From NCBI GenBank assembly GCA_964106915.2, contig OZ066926.1: DNA of 64,000 nt. One strand, 5' to 3'. Below, piece by piece: positions 38,820 through 50,926 of the stretch. Source of the stretch: Podarcis gaigeae (taxonomy: Eukaryota). Under the pieces are notes generated by a model. It ran no database searches and was not told where the DNA came from. It worked only from the letters and a program-made list of their open reading frames with translations. Both the position numbers and the translations under genes were made by a program. Position 1 is the stretch's first letter; each line of letters opens with the position of its first letter.

Positions 38820-40012
38820 TATACATATGCTAGAAAAATTCCAGACTTATCCACTCTGCTTTTTTTCTACTCACAGAGAGGTTTTTAAATAATAATAAAA
38901 AGTAGGAGAGCATTGAAAAGTGTGATTCCCCCATGCAGCTGAAGTAGTATAACGCATTCTGCAATCTCCTCCCCATCTTTAACTAATAAGTGTGTTCACC
39001 CAGTTAGCATTAAGGCAGATGCAACTAAAAAATAGCCCTCCTAGGGGCTAGGGTAGCCAACGTTATGTTCTCCTGATGTTTTGGACTACAATTCCCATAG
39101 TCCCTGGTTATGAGCTATACTGGCCAGAGCTGATCAAAATTAAGAGCCCACAGCATCTGGAGGGCACCATATTGCCTATTCCTGATCTAGGAAGAGGACA
39201 CATGCTATATTATTGCAGGAGAGAGAGAAGGGGTAAGGTGAAGATTACTCCAGAGTTTGCTCCAGCTGCCTATTCACTGAGTCATCAGTCATCAACTGCC
39301 CAGTGGGAAGAAAAGAGAGGGACTCAGGCAAAGACCATCTCAGAGCTTCCAGTGGTGGCTGGAACCCATTGCTACTGGTAGGGTGGGAGGCAGGGAGTCC
39401 AGCAGTAGGTGGCGCCAGAGTGAATGATAGACAGAGCTGCCCGCTGGACTGGTTGCCAGTAAAAAGGCAGATAGGTAGTATAGGGCCTGGCTGAGGGCAA
39501 ACTGAGGTTGGTGGGGCAGTGCCTTATGGACCAGTCTCCATGGACCTCCTCCAGTGGAACTCTCTGCTTGCCGCCATTTTACCACAAACTGGGAAGGATC
39601 CTGAATGCTTTGTTTAAGTTGCTGCTGTTTGCCGTGGTTTCTTTAAAACATAGCTTAATGTTTCTTGCATGCCACCTTGGGAAATAAATTGTTCAAATAA
39701 ATATAAAGCCTGATGCTGTCCCCGTTCCACCTCATTAGCTTTCGCTTGGCAACGGCAATAAAACGTAGCGCACGATGATTATGTCATCCCATGCAGTTTA
39801 GATTGCCAGGTGTTAAAGCACAGAAGGGGAGACTGAGGTACGGAGGTGGTGAATTTGGCTGCAGCCTGGAAATGGGATATTGCTTGTGTGACATCACCAT
39901 TAATGACGAGTTGCAGAAATCTTCTCGCTGTTGCTCTGGAAATTCAAAATATTTTTCCAGTTGAGATTATAAGAGCCTAACTATTCCTTCTTTTGTCCAG
40001 CAGGGGGCAATG

Positions 40013-40053
<41 letters not shown>

Positions 40054-40973
40054 CAAACACACACAATTATCTCAGTTCTGTTTTCAAGATTAAGTGTTTA
40101 GTAACTGCATGAAATAAATTTGGTACTCCGGGAGGGAAACTTGAGAAGTTATGTCATAATCAGAACAGAATTGTTGTCAACTGACCAGAAAAGCAAGCTG
40201 TGCTCTTGTGCCTTTTGAAAGTAGATTGGTTTTGCAAGAGAACAGCAGGTGAGGCTTTTCATAGCATGTAGATCAATGGTAGCTCCTCTGCTAATGCCTG
40301 CTGCACGTCAGTTCACTTGTTCAGAGCACTGGGACTGGCTGAAATGTTGGCAACCTTGAAACCAAGGTATTGCTAGAAGCAGGGTTTTCTTTTCAGGTAA
40401 CCTGGCCTCTCCAGCTCCCACCGCAAAGGCCCTGCTTGTTAGCCTTAGCAGTCATTTTGCTAGCTTTATTGCCCATGTTGATTCTTCATAGCCAAGGCAC
40501 ACAGCACAGTTGTCAAGGCCAACTAAATAGTTTCAGGGCAGAGCTGTGGTGGTAGCTTCCACTCCTCTCCTCAGCTTAAAGCAGTAGTGAAACCCACCCT
40601 CCCCCAAATGAAAATGGGGGCAGGTACACAAGGGGCAAATTTGGGGTGTGTGTGCGAGAGAGAGAGAGAGCTCTGTGCCACATGTAAGAATTTTCTAAAA
40701 GAGAAACAATGCAATATTTTCTCTGAAGCTCCCAGTACAGGGTGGCCAAAATAGAAGGTTTGCTTAGAATTTCAATGTGAACCTCCCCAATTTGCACTTT
40801 CCAGAAAAATATATGAACCGAAAAGCAGTTATCCTTCAAAATTCACACATCTCCTGAATTTTGTGGTGTGGTTCTCCAACCAAATAATGTGTACAGAAAT
40901 GTGTGTATTGGGGGGAAATGTGCAATAAAATGCATATATTAGTATATAGCATGTATTATATTGGGGAAAACTA

Positions 40974-41232
40974 CCATATTTTTTGCTCTATAAGACGTAC
41001 CAGACCATAAGACGCACCTAGTTTTTGGAGGAGGAAAACAAGAAAAAAAATATTCTGAATCTCAGAAGCCAGAACAACAAGAGGGATCGCTGCGCAGTGA
41101 AAGAAGCAATCCCTCTTGCTGTTTTGGCTTCTGGGATAGCTGCGCAGCCTGCATTCGCTCCATAAGACGTACACACATTTCCCCTTACTTTTTAGGAGGG
41201 AAAAAGTGAGTCTTATAGAGCAAAAAATACGG
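40974..41232. mobile_element. Tc1/mariner-superfamily (Tc2-like) MITE, copy A
   Basis: TIR CC(A/G)TATTTTTTGCTCTATAAGAC with TA TSD; inserted into an older AT-rich repeat at about 40735-41435. Confidence 0.82.
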
Positions 41233-42540
41233 TACTTTAAATAATGTGTATATCACGCAAAATTGCATACAGAAATGTGTCTATTGGGAGAAATTTGCAC
41301 TAAAATGCAGACAAATTTTCATGGAGACTTTGAAAGCATACATTGCAAACTGATGCAGTAATTTGGAGAACAGAACTGAAGACTGGAGAAACAAGACATG
41401 GAAAGAAACTGAGTTGGCAGGTTCCTCCATCCCTAGTACTGTGAATGTGACAGTTGTACAGAAAAAGGAATTTCAGCAGGTGGAACTGGCGTGCCAAGAT
41501 CCACCTGTGGAAATTTCCTCTTTTATACAACTGTTAAACACTCAGGAGCCCTGCCTGGTTTATTCACCTGGTCGGCTTAGCTCCTATTGATTTTGAGGGA
41601 GCTAAAAATCTTCCCTACTCCAGTTCTGTCACCATTGGACAGACATGAGCCCACAGGGAACTGCTCTCTCTCTCGCTCGCTCTGCTGGAAATAAAGAAAA
41701 AGCGCTATTCTGTCTGTGGAAAGTGCCTTTCCTTTAAGTAGCCATAAGGGTCCTGCAGTGGCAATGGGAAGGAGGGTTACTTGACCAGGGAGAGTTCTGC
41801 TCCCTCTAGTCCCCCCCCCACACCATTTATGCCTCAAAGACTTAAGACCGTCTTCATCAACACTGTGCTCTTCAGATGTTTTGGACTACAATTCCCATCA
41901 GCCCCCAAGCTGTGGTGGCTAGGGCTTATGGGAGTTGTAGTCCAAAACATGTAACGGGCACTAGACTGGCAAAGTTTGACCTAGGAGGAGAAGCATTGTG
42001 TAAAGCCCACCTGAAATGTCAGGTGCCACACAGACAGTCCTAAGCAGTTAGCAAATATATGTGTTTTGCTGCATGAATGGTGAACTACACCATCCTTGAG
42101 CAATTTTGGTTGTCCAAGCTGCAGGTAACCAACGTCCAAACAGCTCTACTTGTTGAATAAGTGGGTATTTCCCAAACTGTGGTCCATGGACCACCAGCTT
42201 TATTCAGGTTCGTACAGAATTCAAATTACAGATTTCAGATTATAATACAGTGCAAATGTAAGAAATAAAAGATGCAATAAAAATACAATCGTATAGCTTC
42301 TAGCACATTAGAATTGCCACAGCAGGTAGAAAAACCATGAGATGGGCTGCCAAGACTGCAATTTTCAAGTGAGGGCAGGTAGTTTGGGAACCACGGGGAT
42401 ATTTCCTTGTAACTAGGCCTGGGATCTTATGGTAAAGGGTAGGTCAAAAATCTAATTAATTAATTGTTGTTTTTAAATAACAGATAAGTGGATTTCTGCT
42501 GCAAAGGTGCCCTTCGGTCCTCACGCTTAAAACCAAGTTA

Positions 42541-42798
42541 CCGTATTTTTTGCTCTATAAGACTCACTTTTTCCCTCCTAAAAAGTAAGGGGAAATGTGT
42601 GTGCATCTTATGGAGCGAATGCAGGCTGCACAGCTATCCCAGAAGCCAGAACAGCAAGAGGGATCACTGCTTTCGCTGTGCAGCGATCCCTCTTGTTGTT
42701 CTGGCTTCTGAGATTCAGATTTTTTTCCCCTTGTTTTCCTCCTCCAAAAACTAGGTGCATCTTATGGTCTGGTGCGTCTTATAGAGCGAAAAATACGG
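42541..42798. mobile_element. Tc2-like MITE, copy B (inverted relative to copy A)
   Basis: TA|CCGTATTTTTTGCTCTATAAGAC...GTCTTATAGAGCGAAAAATACGG|TA; reverse complement of 40974-41232. Confidence 0.85.
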
Positions 42799-43054
42799 TA
42801 GCGTCCACAGCATGTTGGATGTTTGAGGGGAGAAAGCTGCGGCAGTGCCAGCCAGCTTTTGTGGGGAAGAGCCATGGTAGGCCTTCTGCAGGCTCCCATA
42901 GGAGTGGGCAGCTAATGCTCCCTTTGGAAGGCAGTTCTGCTGAAACTGGCAAGTCTCACCTGCAAGTCAAGAAAGAGTAGAACTGGGGTGTGAGAAGAGC
43001 TTGTGTTATGTCTCCTTCCACAGCATTTCAAAAACTAGTCATTGTAATGGAGCA

Positions 43055-43073
43055 GGGCCACCAGGGGGCGCCC
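43055..43073 (+). promoter_or_regulatory. CTCF-consensus motif
   Basis: GGGCCACCAGGGGGCGCCC matches the CTCF core CCASYAGRKGGCRS. Confidence 0.6.
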
Positions 43074-43113
43074 CAATAGCTACAGCTACATCCAGCCTGC
43101 ACCTTAGAATGGA

Positions 43114-43157
<44 letters not shown>

Positions 43158-43411
43158 GGTTCACTTGCACAAGATGCAGTGATGGCCATCAGTGTGGCTG
43201 GCTTTAAAAGAGGATTAGACAAAAATTGACTACTAACAACGGCTCCTAGCCATTATGGCTACATTCTGCCTCCACTGTCTGGGGCAGTTTGCCTCTGAAT
43301 ACCAGTTGCCACAAATTGCAGGCAAGGAAAACTGCTGTTGCACTCCTGCCCTGAGAGTGGGCTCCCCTGTGAGAACAGGAAGAATTTCTAGCAGCTTTGT
43401 TGCGTCAAAAT

Positions 43412-43788
43412 AGTAATAATAATAATAATAATTTATTATTTGTACCCCGCCCATCTGGCTGGGTTTCCCCAGCCACTCTGGGCGGCTTCCAACAAAGATG
43501 AAAAATACACTAAAATGTCACATATTAAAAACTTCCCTGAACAGGGCTGCCTTCAGATGTCTTCTAAATGTCAGGTAGTTGTTTATTGCTTTGACATCTG
43601 ATGGGAGGGCGCTCCACAGGGCGGGCGCCACTACCGAGAAGGCCCTCTGCCTGGTTCCCTGTAACTTGGCTTCTCACAGTGAGGGAACCGCCAGAAGGCC
43701 CTCAGAGCTGGACCTCAGTGTCCGGGCAGAACGATGGGGGAGGAGACACTCCTTCAGATATACTGGACCAAGGCTGTTTAGGGCTTTA
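43412..43788 (-). mobile_element. L2-type LINE 3' fragment
   Basis: Homologous to 50581-50926, with an (ATT)n tail and the conserved 3'UTR stem CCGCCCAGAGTGGCTGGGGAAACCCAGCCAGATGGGCGG. Confidence 0.75.
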
Positions 43789-45129
43789 ATAGCATTCCTA
43801 AATGGACTTTGCCCCCCAAATACACATTTCTAAATGTATTTTCTGTCAAAATAGGCAGTCATGGATGTATTCTCTTGTCAAAACCACACACTTTAAAATG
43901 GATTGAGATACATTTTTTAGGCAAGAGCTGTACCTCTGTAACGTTTGGATGAAGATGAAATCTAGTGGATAGCAACAGTCTGATCCTCACCTTAGTCTGG
44001 CAAGTGTGGATCAGCTCAGTTTGTACAAGAATTCCCAGGGATTGAGCTCCTCAAGGAGCCCTAATCCTTTCTTAGAGAGCAGTGGGATATAAATCCATAC
44101 GCTTTGGAGAGTTGGAGTTGAACAGCTTGTTAACCTTTCGCTGCCATGAATGGTTGGCCCTGTCATTCTTCAAGGGCTCAAATCCTGCTCCATGTCACTA
44201 GAAGTTAAATATCTGAGCAGGTGGGTAGGCGCATAGCCTCTCTGCAGTGCATGTAGGCAAATGCCTGAACATGAGCGCAAACTGTGGCTGCCGAGGGGTA
44301 TTTTGAACTGCTGCTGACATATTGGGCCCGGCCATTACGTGTGCTTGTTTTGTTCAAAAGGACAACCACCCTCTTGGCTTTTAAGCCAGCCAAGGGCAAG
44401 CTGAACAGCAGGGAACACCAACCTTTTGGAGTCCATGGGCCCATGCGCAAGTCTGAGAAGCTCTTGTGGGCAACACACACAGAGCAACGAAGAACACGCC
44501 ACAACCTATCCTGTTGGCTATAACCAAATGCTTCTTGCACATCTAATCTCAGCAAGGAGAGGGGAATCTGTGGCCACCAGAGGAGGCCTCTGTGAGCACC
44601 CTCAGGCACCATGCTGGCAACCCCTGTATACAAGATAAAGTCAGGTGAAGGGTGCCTACAACCCTGCGCCATTGTGGAGGTGGCCAAACAAACATTTCTC
44701 ATTTTAATCCAGTGTTTTTCAATGTGTGGGTCCCCAGATGTTGTTGGACTACAACTCCCATCATGCCTAGCCAGCATGACCAGTGGCCAGGGATGATGGG
44801 AGCTGTAGTCCAACAACATATGAGGACCCACAGGTTGAGAACCGCTGTAAATCTGTGAATGGGGGGGTCGCAGATGTGGTGGGTGGGATGGGAAGAAACA
44901 AATAAAGGCCAAAGACGAGGGGTAGGCATTCACTCTCCCTTTTCCCCAAGGCGGTCACCCCACCTTGGTTCATGGGTGGGCCGGCCCTGGGGATTTAACC
45001 ATTTCCCCGCCAGCTGGGACCCTGGTCTGGAGCAGGGCCTTCATGCCTGTTATTTAGTTGAAGTAAGCCATTCATCCTATTGCTACAAGTGGGGTTAACA
45101 TCATGTCTAGGTTCATAGCCTCACCATAC

Positions 45130-45285
45130 ATTTAAAGCACATGGCTTCCCCGAAGGAATTCTGGGAACTATAGTTTGCTAAGGGTGCTGGGAATTATAGC
45201 TCTGTAGTAGAAACTACAGCTCTCAGGATTCTTTGGGGGAAGCCACGAGTGTTGCAATGGTATAAATATGCTTTAAATGTGTAGA
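45130..45285. repeat. Palindromic MITE-like family (TTTAAAGCACATGGCTTCCC...GGGAACTGTAGTTT...)
   Basis: Recurs at about 200-345, 1115-1245, 36545-36670, 51860-51990 and 55820-56075 with internal dyad symmetry. Confidence 0.65.
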
Positions 45286-45366
45286 TGTGACTGAGTTCGA
45301 CCTTCAGAGAGCCCCTCTTAGCTTTCTTTTTCTCAATGCCCAACAAACAGAAGCATATTGACTTAC

Positions 45367-45471
45367 TAAGTATGTTTTCTGTGTTCTCCGTTACGAGGGG
45401 GCCTTCAGGGTCAGGGTCAGGCCTGGGCTCTAGGAAGTACTCAGAAGCAACACAGCTGCCCTTTTTCTGAC
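45367..45471 (-). CDS. CACNG7: CACNG7 coding exon 2, 105 nt
   Basis: Encodes (G)QKKGSCVASEYFLEPRPDPDPEGPLVTENTENIL(K). Acceptor TTCTTCTTCCGCAG|, donor TTA|GTAAGT, phase 1/1. Confidence 0.96.
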
Positions 45472-46140
45472 CTGCGGAAGAAGAAAACACATCATATTCA
45501 TGGTGTCAAAAGCTTCTGGGAAGAGGCCAAAGGTGGGAACCTCATACAGGTCCAAGGGGTGGAAAGGACTGTATGTCACTGAGGTAGGTCTAGCCAAGTG
45601 AGAGGACCAGCAGGGCCAGCCCTACTATTAGGCAGAGTAGGCAGGTGCCTCGGATGGTAGATGTTGTGAGGAGCAGGAGGCAGTGGCAATCCCCTATGGC
45701 CATTCCTATCCCCTGGAGCTGAAGCCCCAGCAGCAGTGGTGTTTCCTGTTGCTAGTCTGGTTTGAGGAGGGTCTGGTTGCCTGCACCTCTCACCCATTCA
45801 GCTTCTTCCACAGACAGCACTGGTGCGAAAGGCCTTGCACCAAGTGAGCACCAGAGCACATGCTGTTCTTACCAGATGCCTGAGGAAAACCCACAAACAG
45901 GACCTGAGCACAAGAGCCCACTTGCAATTCCTCCAGCAACGGGTATTGAGAAGCATGCTGCCTCTGGTAGGGAACATAGCCACTGTGGCAACGAGCCACT
46001 GACAGCACACAACTCAACTCAGGCCGCATATTTCAGTGGGCAGAGCATGTTGCTCTGCTGACTTGATGCATGCCAGTGCTGCCACACTGCAGGTTTTATT
46101 CAAGTGGGTAACAAAGCAGGGGCTAGGAAGAAAGGCCGCC

Positions 46141-46522
46141 CAGTGGCGTAGCGTGGGGGGTGCAGGGGGGGGCCGGCCGCACCGGGCGCAACATCTGGGG
46201 GGCGCACTCGCACTCGCAGCTCTCTGCCCCTACCTGGCTCACTCTCTCTCACTGCAGTGCTGGCTGTGCGAATCCGATCCGAGCCGCCGGGTCGCCGCCC
46301 ACTGTGGAGGGGGTGGGTGCCAGGCGTGTGGTGCGGAGAGAGAGCGAGGGACTATCTGGGGGAGGGACAGTGCAGCGGCCGCCCAGCGCAGCGCTGAGCC
46401 CGGGAGAGAACCACACCAGACCAGACCAGGCAGCAGCAAGAAGAAGCTGGCAGCGGCGGCAGGTTAGGGGGCGCAAATTACTTGCCTTGCCCCGGGTGCT
46501 GACAACCCACCCTACGCCGCTG
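46141..46522. mobile_element. CpG-rich hAT non-autonomous element
   Basis: TIR CAGTGGCGTAG...CTACGCCGCTG; 8-bp TSD AGGCCGCC/AGGCCACC. Confidence 0.85.
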
Positions 46523-47092
46523 AGGCCACCCCAGGACATTTTGCTGCTTGAGGTGGACAAGATCTGTTCCCCTCCCCAATATTCCATCCATCGAAACCTC
46601 CTGAGCTGTTGACTCTTGCTTCAAGTTGGGAAAGTTATCTTCTGCTACACAAGAGGGCAGCTGACTAGCTTAGGGAACGTGCAGCTGGCCATGTGGCGCA
46701 CACAATTTGCCATCGAGGCTACCTCCAAGGCACCTGAAGCTTTAGTCAGCTGCCTCACTCTGCCCAATGGCAGATAGAGCAAGCAGCAGCAAGGTGGTAT
46801 TATTATTACTTATTTCATTTGTGGGAGTGAGTTCCATAGTTTAACCACGCGCTTCATGAAGAGGCAGGACATTTGCATTAGGGAATTGAGGAATGGGGAA
46901 ATGAGAGCTAGAGAAGTTCACACGGGGCCTACATGGATGCTCTTGCATGGGGAAAGTGACCACAGAAGGAAGTTTCAGAGGTGAACAGGTAGGATGGGGG
47001 GATTATAGAAAAAGAAGGCCAAGAATGTATATTGCAGCTGTGTGGGTGAGTGATGAAACACACATTATAATTTGAAGTAACCAACCAAAGTA

Positions 47093-47319
47093 CAGTGGTA
47101 CCTCAGGTTTACAGACGCTTCAGGTTACAGACTCCGCTAACCCAGAAATAGTACCTCGGGTTAAGAACTTTGCTTCAGGATGAGAACAGAAATCGCACAG
47201 TGGCGGCACAGTAGCAGCAAGAGGCCCCATTAGCTAAAGTGGTTCTTCGGGTTAAGAACAGTTTCAGGTTAAGAACGGACCTCCGGAACGAATTAAGTTC
47301 TTAACCCGAGGTACCACTG
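47093..47319. mobile_element. Tc1/mariner MITE, copy 3
   Basis: Same TIR and TA TSD; opposite orientation to copies 1 and 2. Confidence 0.88.
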
Positions 47320-47920
47320 TACAGGATTCAGGTCTTGTGGTTTTAAACTAAAGGAAGTAGACTAAACCCTCACTCTGAAGGCAGTTCTGAACCTACAGAA
47401 TTCTTCCGCATTTTGAGGTACACGCTGCCAGTATTAATGCCATTGTATCTTGAGTGGTAGATTAAGATTCAGTGGGCAGTTTGATCTCAAACATTTGTTT
47501 CAGGAACGAGGTTCCTGAATGATGGCTGTTAAAATCACCTTTTTGAAAACTGAGCTGCTCTTCTGCTCCTCAGAAGAGTTTTGCTCTTCTGTTAACAACC
47601 AGCAGTCAGATTGTGTCCAGCAACCTAAGCTTTGCAAGAGTTCAGCTGCAAGTGCATGTAGACTTGCAGGCAAACAGAGCAAAACCCAGATATGTGTTGT
47701 TGTTTTTAATTCCCCAATGCATGGCCTTACAACTCACTCCCCTCTCCTGATCACTTTCCTCAATTAGATGAAAACACAAATTATGGAAGCAGAGGAAGCC
47801 ATGCAAGCCTGACAAAGCAGTTTAGATCTGGCCTAGTGACGTCATCATCTGTAACTGGAGTCTCCAGGTGTGACACGAGGCAATTTTGAGAGGGGAAACT
47901 TGACTTTTCAAGGCTCTTAC

Positions 47921-48116
47921 CGGCAAAGAAACAGACCCTCCAGAGCCCAGCGTGCAGTGCCATGACTATCTCGGTGGTCTGGTTCTGCGGAAACACAATC
48001 CCTTCCTCCATGAACAGCCAGTAGTCAGTACTGACGGCGATGCCCACCAGGAGCAGTCCACACGCTCCGAAAACACTAGACAGCAGGGTCAGGGCGCGGC
48101 TGCTGCAGTTACTCAT
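47921..48116 (-). CDS. CACNG7: CACNG7 coding exon 1 (TARP gamma-7, TM1 and start of extracellular loop 1), 196 nt
   Basis: Translates MSNCSSRALTLLSSVFGACGLLLVGIAVSTDYWLFMEEGIVFPQNQTTEIVMALHAGLWRVCFFAG, near-identical to recalled human CACNG7. It has the claudin/PMP22-family GLW..C motif, an ATG with A at -3, and donor CCG|GTAAGA. A 5'UTR acceptor CTCCTCCAG| would start the exon at 48160. Confidence 0.97.
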
Positions 48117-49434
48117 CCTAGGTGACAGGGGGAGCCACTGGCCAAATGCAGCGCAAGGACCTGGAGGAGGAATTGATAACAATCAGCTAGAGAAACCAGA
48201 TATTCACACAAATCACACACAGACACCCCGCCCAAAAGCTATACTCACATTAAATTTGAGCTTTTCCTAGTCAAACCAATGGGTTCTCAGAGGCCCCAAT
48301 AGTTACTGGCTCCCATATTCTTCCTCTTTAACCACAATATCTTTATTTTCACCAAGAGAACATGGCGGCTGGCTCTAAGCACCACCCTACCTCACTAAAA
48401 CCTCTCAAAGAGTTCAAGAGGTCTTGGCTACAAGACCTTTCACCTTCTAACTCAGGAGTGAGGAACATCCAGCCTGCGGGCTAAACTAGGCCCGCCAATC
48501 TGGCCTGCAGAAGCCGTTTTTGGCCAGCCACGCCCATCTGTCACTCATATGATGTTATCTGGACACCTACCTTTTACCATATAGCCTCAGGTGCAGGATA
48601 GGCAAAGCCACAGCTGCCAAGGAGCCACCAGCAGGGCACAAGTGCGTTGGGTCTTGCTTTTGGTGCAAGATGCAAGCCCTGCTGCTTTGGGGGATGAGGA
48701 TTGGTTCTACTTGCCTGCCTATCAAAAGTGAGCCCATGGAGGGTTGGACACCTTTTTAATCCAGCCCACAGGGCAAAAGTAGTTCTCTGCTTTTGCTCTG
48801 ACTCAGTAAATTTTTTAAACATAAAAATAAATCCATATCCCATCCATTCTCCCAAAGGATGACTCGGGGCAACAGATACTTCTGTGATTTATAAAATTAC
48901 AGTTAAAAACAAAATAAAAACATATCAAAGGCATTTAAAGACAGTTGGAAGCTTTTAAAGATAACAGAACAAAACATCTAAAACAAATTTAAGAACCAAA
49001 TCAGGTGACTAGATAGCGCCAATGAAATAGAAAAGATTTCAGCAGGCACTTGCCGGATTTTAAACTTCCACTCTACATGACAACCCTGAGAGGCCTTCTA
49101 ATGACTCTCTCCTAGCTTTCATACTCTGATGAGGAACCCCTTCATGACTGCCCTCAAATCCCAGAACACTGCAGAAGATTCTGGGGGCAGTGTTCTGTTT
49201 GTGTAGGGTGTCATCCACATACCTATTACAAGGACTGAGAGGGTGTCCAAGAATACTCCCACAATGACCCTGAATAACACTATTCCTGGTGCCCTAGAAT
49301 TTGCCCACAATATATCCTTCAGGCAGCTGGTCCACCAGATCTCACAGTAAGTTTCTAAGGAGCTCCAGATTTCCTGGAAATAGTTTGAAAACTCTTCTAC
49401 CAGAAATGCTTACTTCCACCTACATATTCTCCTT

Positions 49435-49820
49435 AAAGGTAAATGTAAAGGACCCCTGACAGTTACGTCCAGTCTCAGACGACTCTGGGATTGCGCCGCT
49501 CATCTCGCTTTACAGGCCGAGGGTGCCGGCACTTGTCCGCAGACAGTTTTTCCAGGTCATGTGGCCAGCATGACTAAGCCGCTTCTGGCACAATGGAACA
49601 CCGAAACCAGAGCAGTGCACGGAAACGCTGTTTACCTTCCCACCGGAGCGGTACCTGTTTATCTACTTGCACTTTTTGGTGTGCTTTCAAACTGCTAAAT
49701 TGGCAGGAGCTGGGACTGAGCAACGGGAACTCAACCCGTTGCAGGGATTCGAACTGCCGACCTTCTGATCGGCAAGCCCAAAAGGCTCAGTGGTTTAGAC
49801 CCCAGCGCCACCCGCATCCC
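49435..49820 (-). mobile_element. Sauria SINE (more diverged)
   Basis: Homologous to the other copies and flanked by the near-identical direct repeat TACA(T/C)ATTCTCCTTA. Confidence 0.88.
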
Positions 49821-50580
49821 TACACATTCTCCTTACTCTCCCCCCCCAAATCTGGGTTATGAAATCTCCACCACCCATACCCTAGCTAGCCCATTAGGCC
49901 TTCTGACATAACGCAAGCAAGATTCATAGTTCTCTCCATTCCAGCATAATTCTCTAGCTCACAGTTCATGGATTTTCATTCCAACCAGTGTAGCCTTGCT
50001 TCTTCCAAGAACCATAGAATCATAGAGGTGGAAGGGACCACACAGGTCATCTAGTCCAAACCCCTGCAATGCAGGAAGGTTTTGCCCAAGGTGAAACTCA
50101 AACCAACAACCCTGAGATTAAGAGTCTCATGCTCTACCAACTGAGCTATCCCAGAGCTAATGTGAAGAAGCCAGACACCCTGGTGTCTACCATGTCTGAG
50201 GAGCCCTCAGTAAAGTGCCTTCTGGCAGGACCTGTCCTACATTTCTGGGCCTCCTCCCTCAGGTAGTGGCTGCAGCAGGGCTGCCATCACCACTGGGCAT
50301 CTGGGTCTGAGAGCTGCCCTTTTAATTTCCTATAATTTTCTGAAGTGCCAGACTTTGTTTTTTCAAGAGGAACCCAGGGCAGGTGTCAGAGGGGGACCCT
50401 CCCAGGGTGTGGGCTCCAAGCACTTGCCCAATCAATCCACTTCTTGGTCACGATCTCACCAAGTTTTCTTTTAAAGGGTCAGGTGGCTTTCCTGCCTTCC
50501 TTGCTCTGAGCCTTCCTGCCACCTTCCCCAGAACAATCCAGCATTCCTGATCCCCAGTTTAGGAATATACATTCTCAAAA

Positions 50581-50926
50581 TAATAGTAATAATAATAATA
50601 ATTTATTTATACCCCACCCATCTGGCTGAGTTTCCCCAGTCACTCTGGGCGGCTCCCAATCAAGTGTTAAAAACAATACAGCATTAAATATTAAAAACTT
50701 CCCTAAACTGGGCTGCCTTCAGATGTCTTTTAAAGATAGGATAGCTGCTTATTTCCTTCACATCTGAAGGGAGGGTGTTCCACAGTGTGGGCGGCACTAT
50801 CGAGAAGGTCCTCTGCCTGATTCCCTGTAGCTTCACTCTTCGCAGTGAGGGAACCACCAGAAGGCCCTCGGCGCTGGATCTCAGTGTCCGGGCTGAATGA
50901 TGGGGGTGGAGACACTCCTTCAGGTC
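50581..50926 (-). mobile_element. L2-type LINE 3' fragment
   Basis: ORF ...RTLRSSAEGLLVVP...RTFSIVPPTLWNTLPSDVKE...FKRHLK matches the L2/CR1-group ORF2 C-terminal pattern, with an (ATT)n tail. A shorter 3' stub of the same family lies at about 29830-29940. Confidence 0.78.

Noticed and set aside
44205-44933. 242-aa minus-strand ORF
   Set aside because: It spans a palindromic MITE and other repeat remnants in an intron and shows no coding signature.
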